Positions 57,615 to 64,000 of a DNA stretch of 64,000 nt are shown here, one piece after another. A program made the position numbers and the translations under genes. Where the stretch lies: the NCBI GenBank assembly GCA_951406725.2, contig OX597826.1:54808001-54872000 (forward strand). Reading direction: 5' to 3'. Each line of letters starts with the position of its first letter. Position 1 is the first letter of the stretch. This DNA comes from Octopus vulgaris (taxonomy: Eukaryota). The notes beneath the pieces were generated by a model. It was not told where the DNA came from. It did no database searches and saw only the letters and a program-made list of their open reading frames with translations.

Positions 57615-58316
57615 TCTATATATATATATATGTATATACACATATATATATGTAGACATATATAAAATATATAAACATCAATGTATGTATGTATGTATAA
57701 ATGTATATAAAATGTATAATATAGATAAAATATACATATGTGTATATATATGTGTGTGTGTGTGTTTATATGTATAGCACAAACTGTCGCGTATACACAT
57801 ACTATACACACACACGCGCGCGCACCTGTATATACATATACATATACACACATATATGCCTTTAACAAAGATTTAATATTCATTTGCAGGCTTCTTCATA
57901 CCCAGATGCATTTAAATATACTCATATATACTACTTTCGTACACATTCATATGGGTGTGTGTTTGTGTGTGTGTTTATGTAGTATATGCGACAGTTTGTG
58001 TTAGTAGAGAGAAATGGATAGCGAAAGAGAGAGAGTGAGAGAGTTTGAGAGAGTGAGTACGAATGAAGAAGGAAAGATCAGCCGTCATCACTATGTTAAA
58101 ATGACCTGTTTTAAACCCTAGGTCACCTTCTTTGAACTGTGTCTCGTAAAGTGTGTGGTTGATTTTTAGCCTGGTCAAAGTGCAACACAAACTCAGATAT
58201 ACCTGTATCTAAGAACTTTCTCGCCATCTGAAGTTATTATTTGGTTTCTTCACACACTTTTACGCTTACATAAAGATTAGTAAACCTCAAAACATGCCCA
58301 CGCACACATGTACGTA

Positions 58317-58371
<55 letters not shown>

Positions 58372-58446
58372 GTACTTGTAGGATAAGAACGGAACGAAAC
58401 GAACGAATCGAATCGAATCGACGCGAGGGCGCTATCATTACAATAG

Positions 58447-58800
58447 TGTAATAAATAAAATATATGCATACATACATACATACATACATATATGTACGTA
58501 CCTACATCTACATGTATATATATATACATGCATATATAAATATATATACGTGAGTAGAGTTGAACTAGGGACAGCTGATGAAGGGGATTTTTCCTTGTGT
58601 AGTTTGTCTTGTACTCTGTTTTTCTGTTGTAAAAAAATGGTTTGTTCCATGCTTGTTTTTCCGTTTTCATTTCTTGTTCAGTTCTACGTCTAGTTGTGGT
58701 GTCCTGTACTCACGTATATATATTTATATATGCATGTATATATACATGTAGATGTAGGTACGTACATATATGTATGTATGCATATATTTTATTTATTACA
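58447..58800. repeat. ~100-bp inverted repeat (58447-58556 and 58707-58800) around a 150-bp spacer
   Basis: Arms complementary except for (TACA)n/(TA)n copy number. Confidence 0.88.
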
Positions 58801-58814
58801 ATATATATATATTT

Positions 58815-59008
58815 TTTGTAGCTTATTAAAGATGTCCTCGTACGAAACGATCGTACCGAGATTTTAATCCATTCTTGTTGCTTTTTTCCTATTTGTAATC
58901 ACCCCACTTGTCGTATGGTTAACACCATATAGATTTCCGGTGTATCCTAGTTAAGGACCATATTCATGTGAATTCTTTAGAATTCACTTGAATCTCAATC
59001 ACTTAACC
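58815..59008 (+). mobile_element. Family-D Penelope-like repeat carrying the 3' half of an HHR
   Basis: TGTCCTCGTAC GAAAC GATC GTA; colinear with 59755-59943. Confidence 0.75.
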
Positions 59009-59054
<46 letters not shown>

Positions 59055-59055
<1 letters not shown>

Positions 59056-59348
59056 TGGAGGCGCAATGGCCCAGTAATCGTAGGATCGCAGTTTCGATTC
59101 CCAGCCCGGGCGTTGTGAGTGTTTATTGAGCGATAACACCAAAAGCTCCAAGAGGCTCCGGTATGGGGTGGTGGTGATTCCTACTGTATGCTTTCGCCAC
59201 AACTTGCTCTCACTCTTTCTTCTGTTGGCCTGCTCGCTTAGCCAGCGGGCTAGCGTCATTTGAAAGCTAAAACAAAGCGAAATGCAGTGTGACCAGCGAT
59301 GTAAAGCAATATCTGATAGCCTGGTCGGTCACGGTGATCGCGGTGATA
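59055..59348 (+). mobile_element. tRNA-derived SINE related to family C, with a different tail, inside (TA)n
   Basis: Shares head and middle (TGAGCGA.AACACC.AA.GCTCCA.G.GGCTCCGG; TCGCCACAACTT.CTCTCACTCTTTC) with the 13730 copy; deletion in the tRNA head. Confidence 0.85.
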
Positions 59349-59349
59349 T

Positions 59350-59427
<78 letters not shown>

Positions 59428-59455
59428 GAGAAAGAAGCAACACGAATGGATTGGT

Positions 59456-59546
59456 TTTTAGTACAATTGTTTCATACAAAGACAGGCTTTATTACAAGTT
59501 GCAAAAATTGCAGCAGATAAAAGTGTCCCGTACTCATCAGCTAAAA
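59456..59546 (-). ncRNA. Type-I hammerhead ribozyme, inverted copy
   Basis: Reverse complement of 59705-59795. Confidence 0.75.
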
Positions 59547-59704
59547 TACATTTGAGTTCTCTAGACATCTTAGTGGGTGAGGTTATACTCATGAAATATT
59601 GGAGATAGTTCCATTAGAGGCAGATATAGGTTGGGTGAGGTTGTACTCATGAAATATTGGAGATAGTTCCATTAGTGCAGATATAGGTTGTAAACAGTTT
59701 TGTA

Positions 59705-59795
59705 TTTTAGCTGATGAGTACGGGACACTTTTATCTGCTGCAATTTTTGCAACTTGTAATAAAGCCTGTCTTTGTATGAAACAATTGTACTAAAA
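59705..59795 (+). ncRNA. Type-I hammerhead ribozyme with extended stem II
   Basis: TTTTAG CTGATGA [60-nt hairpin GTACGGGACACTTT...AAAGCCTGTCTTTGTAT] GAAAC AATT GTA CTAAAA; intact core; predicted cleavage after 59789. Confidence 0.8.
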
Positions 59796-59941
59796 ACCAA
59801 TCCATTCTTGTTGCTTCTTTCTCGTTTATAATCACCCCACATTACTGTATGGATAACACCATATTGTTTTTCTGGTGCATCTAAGTTAAGTACCACATTC
59901 AAGTAAATTCATTGGAAGTTACTTGAATCTTAATTGCTTTG

Positions 59942-59979
<38 letters not shown>

Positions 59980-60204
59980 AGTGGCAGTGTGATAAGACGC
60001 TTGCTTCTGTACCTCATAGTTCAGGATTCTGGTCCACAGCTTGGAGCCTTGGCCGAGTGTCTTTTATAGCGTCGGCCCGAATAAAGTCTTGTCAATGGAT
60101 TTGGTAGACGGAAAGTGGAAGAAACTCTATATGTGTGTGTGTGTGTGTGTTGTGTGTGAGGTTATGTGTCTGTGTGTGTCTCCCTCCACTACCGCTTGAC
60201 AACC
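59980..60204 (+). mobile_element. Family-A SINE 5' half, diverged
   Basis: GGATTTGGTAGACGGAAA and CCGCTTGACAACC motifs; internal (TG)n. Confidence 0.75.
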
Positions 60205-60276
60205 TGCAGCATACAAATCCTTCGTTCTGATCGTAGAACCGCCCCGCTTCTCTTTGCTATCAGTAAATATTTTGTG

Positions 60277-60348
60277 TCCCAAGTGGTCTAGTGGTTAGGA
60301 TTCCGCGCTCTCACCGCGGCGGCCGGGGTTCGATTCCCCGTTTGGGAA
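60277..60348 (+). tRNA. trnE-CTC: tRNA-Glu (anticodon CTC); probably a retroposed copy
   Basis: 72-nt cloverleaf: acceptor TCCCAAG/TTTGGGA, anticodon stem CCGCG/CGCGG with loop CTCTCAC, T arm CGGGG-TTCGATT-CCCCG; perfect A and B boxes; no T4 terminator immediately downstream. Confidence 0.93.
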
Positions 60349-60360
60349 GATCTATTTCTG

Positions 60361-60593
60361 AAGGCGGCGAGCTGGTAGAAACGTTAGCACGCTGGGCGAA
60401 ATTCATAGCCGTATTTCGTCTGTCGCTACGTTCCGAGTTCAAATTCCGCCGAGGTCGACTTTGCCTTTCATCCTTTCGAGGTCGATAAATTAAGTACCAG
60501 TTACGCACTGGGGTCGATGTAATCGACTTAATCCCTTTGTCTGTACTTGCTTGTCCCCTTTGTGTTTGGCCCCTTGTGGGTAGTAAAGAAATA
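60361..60593 (+). mobile_element. Family-B SINE, full length, fused behind tRNA-Glu
   Basis: AAGGCGGCGAGCTGG head to AAAGAAATA tail; shares a flanking TSD with the tRNA. Confidence 0.92.
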
Positions 60594-61539
60594 TATCAGT
60601 AAATATTTTATGATTATGAAGCGATTGTTGCTGCTGTTGCTGTTTCTCTTTATCTTCTTTATGTTGTTGTTCTGTATATTGTTGCTTAAAGGAGAGGTCA
60701 GCGCTCAATGAGCAAATCTAGGACGAAAGCTTTCCTACTGCTACCAACCCCTTTCAATTTTTTCACATACAGAAATCATAGAACATCATTATACAATGTG
60801 TTCTTCATTTAAACGGTAGAGTTTGAATTCAAGAAAATATGACTATCATTTCTAGCAAGGCTTGCGACTACATTTACAGGCTCCATCTTTAGCTCAGTAT
60901 TAATGTGTTTTGTTAGCGATGCATAAGATAATACTTATTCCTGTGCTTTGCCAATATGAGGTGTTAACACCTTTCTAGCCTGTTTTTGCTTTTCCAGCTC
61001 TTGCTATTGGATTTTGTCATTGTGTAGCGTTATCAAATTTATCTTTTCACATGCTAAGGAATTTTTTCTAGGATATTTTATTCCATACCTTGATACGCTT
61101 AATTTCATAAAGAAAGAGAGAGAAAGAAAGACAGAGGTTGAGAGAAAGAAAGGCAGTGGCTGAGAGAAAGAAAGAGAGAGAGAAGCAAAGATGGGAGAAA
61201 TGGGAGAAAGAAAGTAAGAGAGGTGAAAAGAAGAATAATGATAATGTTTCTGATATATAATTAGTCGATTTCTATATAATTAACGTTTTAATAAATTAAT
61301 CAATACTTTAATTCCATTAATTGTTCAATTACTTATGGTTTTATTGATTAAAGTTGATAAGACGTACTTGGTCGTCACATTTGAAAAAAATGTATATTGT
61401 CACGTGTTGTTATTTAGTCGATATTAAATACATATGTATATATATCTATGTTTGTGTGTGTGTGTATATATATATACATATATATATATATATACATATA
61501 TAATTATATATGTATTTATGTATGTATCGCTGTATGTAC

Positions 61540-61595
<56 letters not shown>

Positions 61596-61893
61596 ATGTG
61601 TTTCTGTGTGTACATACATATCTATATATGTATATTTATGTATGTATGTATGTATGTATGTATGTATGTATGTGCATATATATACATAATTTTCGCACAT
61701 TCATAATTAACCCTTTACCCATGATACATATATGTGTTTGCGTGAACAAACGTGCGACCTCGTGTGTGCGTTTATTTGTTCTTGTGTATATGTTAGGTTA
61801 TCCAACATGAATTTCATTCTGTGAAAATCGTGTTTTTCACGAAAAATAATTTAGAATAGCCAAAAGCAGTATTTTTTTCTGAAAGAAAGCGTT

Positions 61894-62436
61894 TTACTTC
61901 TGCTAATGAGATTCACGTTACAATCGAGACATAGTGCCGTGTTTGCGTTAAACTGACACTATTATAGCATTAATATTCATATATTAACAATTCTAACTTG
62001 ATTTAATAGCATAGAGTATCCTTCAACTATTACCTACATTAATGAAATTCGTGGAGCAATCGAGACTCAGAGCCGTGTATAGGTTAAATTGACATATATT
62101 TTAGCATTAATATTCTTAAATTAACAATTTTAACTCGACTTATTAGCATAGAGTATCATTTAAGTATTATGTCCGCTGATGAGATTCATGGAGCAATCGA
62201 GACACAGAGCTGTGTGCAGGTTAGATTGACATATATTTTAGCATTAATATCCTTACAGTCACAATTTTAACTCGGCGTAGTAGCATAGGGTATCCTTCAA
62301 GTATTACTTCTGCTGAGATTCATGGAGCAATCGGGGCACAGAGCCGTGTATAGGTTAAATTGACATATATTTTAGCATTAATATTCTTACATTACCAATT
62401 TAAACTCTGCTTAATAGCACAGAGCATCCTTCAACT
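61894..62436 (+). repeat. Tandem array of 4 x ~136-bp units, each with a hammerhead-like motif
   Basis: Unit starts 61894, 62030, 62167, 62304; consensus CTGATGA GATT-catggagc-AATC GAGAC AC-agagcc-GT GTA yAGGTT. Confidence 0.85.
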
Positions 62437-62933
62437 TCTCCGCAAATATATAACGAAAGCGACATTAAGAAATTTAAGAATTAAGCTTCCAGTTTTTAAA
62501 TTGGCTGTACGGCCTCTAGGTTTTGATCATATTATCTATGCGTTGTGAGCATGTTGGGGATTCCAAGAATTTTTGTCTGATATATCTAATCGCCAAAGAG
62601 CAACGGCGTTCCGTAAAACGACAGCCTTATTAGCTTACCGCGAGTAAAATGGAATAGCTTAAATCTGTATTTAAGAGATTGCTACATGTACACAAATCTT
62701 TCCTTCGCTTATGGGATTGAGTAAGCAATTAAAACGTTGCACCGTATCTAGGATAAATTGATATTTATTTAAATATTGATATTAGTAGTGTATATGTGTG
62801 TATGTATTTATATATACTTGAATATTAATTTGAGTGCATTAGTTTAACTGTGTAAACTATTAAATTCTCTACGATTAATGCATTAAGATACATCAAAAGA
62901 TCTATACAGAAATCTGTATGTGCATGTGTGCAC

Positions 62934-62973
<40 letters not shown>

Positions 62974-63502
62974 TTCCCTCTGAATACTTATACCCACACG
63001 AATACTTATACATGCGTATATACATCGGCGAATATGTTTACCAAAATATTTAGTAACATGATTTTTGGAAATTACCAGAAAAATATACTTAAAAAAAAAA
63101 CCCGAAGAAATCGAGCACCTCACTTTCAGGATACGCATGGTAGTTGAAAGACATTTAACAATTTTAATATTTCGCGCAAGATTCTTAAGGCAGAAAAATA
63201 CAAACGAAGTGAAAAACAAAAATGCTGCGCCAAATGTACACATTACGAGAGACATTCAGGACACCTCTCTTGAGGCACTGATATTATAGATCACTCTAAC
63301 AATTCACACCCATACACGTCTCGAACAAATAAAACTCTGTAGTTTCAAGTAATTAATGTTGTCACCTATGGCATACAAATATTTAGTTTAGCTACACTAT
63401 AATTCGATTACATGTTCATTTCTTTAAGCAAATATAACAGAAAAGTAGCTATCAATCATCTCTATTTTGTCGATAGCGACATTTTATCCAAATTATTAAT
63501 AT

Positions 63503-63656
63503 GGAGTGGATGTGTGGTAAGTAGCTTGCTTACCAGCCTCGTGGTTCCGGGTTCAGTCCCACGCGTGGCACCTTGGACAAATGTCTTCTATAGCTTTGGG
63601 CCGACCAAACCCTCGTAAGTGGATTTGGTAGACGGAAACTGAAAGACGCCAGTCGT

Positions 63657-63714
<58 letters not shown>

Positions 63715-63888
63715 ATGTATGTATGTATGTGTGTGTATATGTTTGTCTGTGTTTGTCCCTCCAACATCGCTTGACAACCGATGCCGGTGTGTTTACGGCT
63801 TACAAAGAATAAGTCCTGGGGTCTATTTGCTCGACTAAAGGAGGTGCTCCAGCATGGCCACAGTCAAGTGACTGAAACAAGTAAAAGA
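63503..63888 (+). mobile_element. Family-A SINE with an internal deletion
   Basis: Head, B-box, internal (TA)n/(TG)n and tail CTGAAACAAGTAAAAGA present. Confidence 0.92.
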
Positions 63889-64000
63889 TTAAATTAGTAA
63901 AAGAGAATGTTTCGTACTCTGCATGTGCATCGCATTACATCTCTTTTGATATGCCACCTACATCCTACAGTTCTATATTTAAGAGATGAGGAATTATGTA

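Larger units (their letters stand above)
59427..59943 (+). mobile_element. Family-D Penelope-like unit with a 124-bp 5' inverted arm
   Basis: Arms 59427-59550 and 59701-59824 nearly perfectly complementary; spacer holds a 58-bp tandem duplication; (TA)n flanks. Confidence 0.85.

Noticed and set aside
58570-58605. CTGATGA followed by AGGGG-ATTT-TCCTT
   Set aside because: No GAAA follows; at most a truncated half motif

Overview
This is AT-rich, microsatellite-saturated eukaryotic non-coding DNA. The SINE families and simple-repeat load suggest an octopus-type cephalopod genome (inference). I find no credible host protein-coding exon; almost all long ORFs in the track are microsatellite translations. 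Supported content: an internally deleted mariner with TIRs and a TA TSD; decayed LINE fragments (Tx1/L1, R4/Dong, RTE, RTE-X); about 20 tRNA-derived SINE copies from at least three families; a pogo/Tigger-like MITE; and an intact-folding tRNA-Glu(CTC) co-inserted with a SINE between target-site duplications. The most striking unexplained structure is a set of hammerhead-ribozyme (HHR) motifs in small ORF-less Penelope/retrozyme-like units. These are a 362-nt unit inserted as ~1.4 copies plus a 5' inversion with a 12-bp TSD and a U3-A8 core variant, an inverted HHR pair with a 60-nt stem II, a 4 x 136-bp HHR-like satellite, and further single or half motifs whose stem-III palindromes vary but stay palindromic. 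All folds and alignments were done by eye and need computational and biochemical confirmation. SINE family labels A, B, C and the Penelope-like family D are my own working labels.
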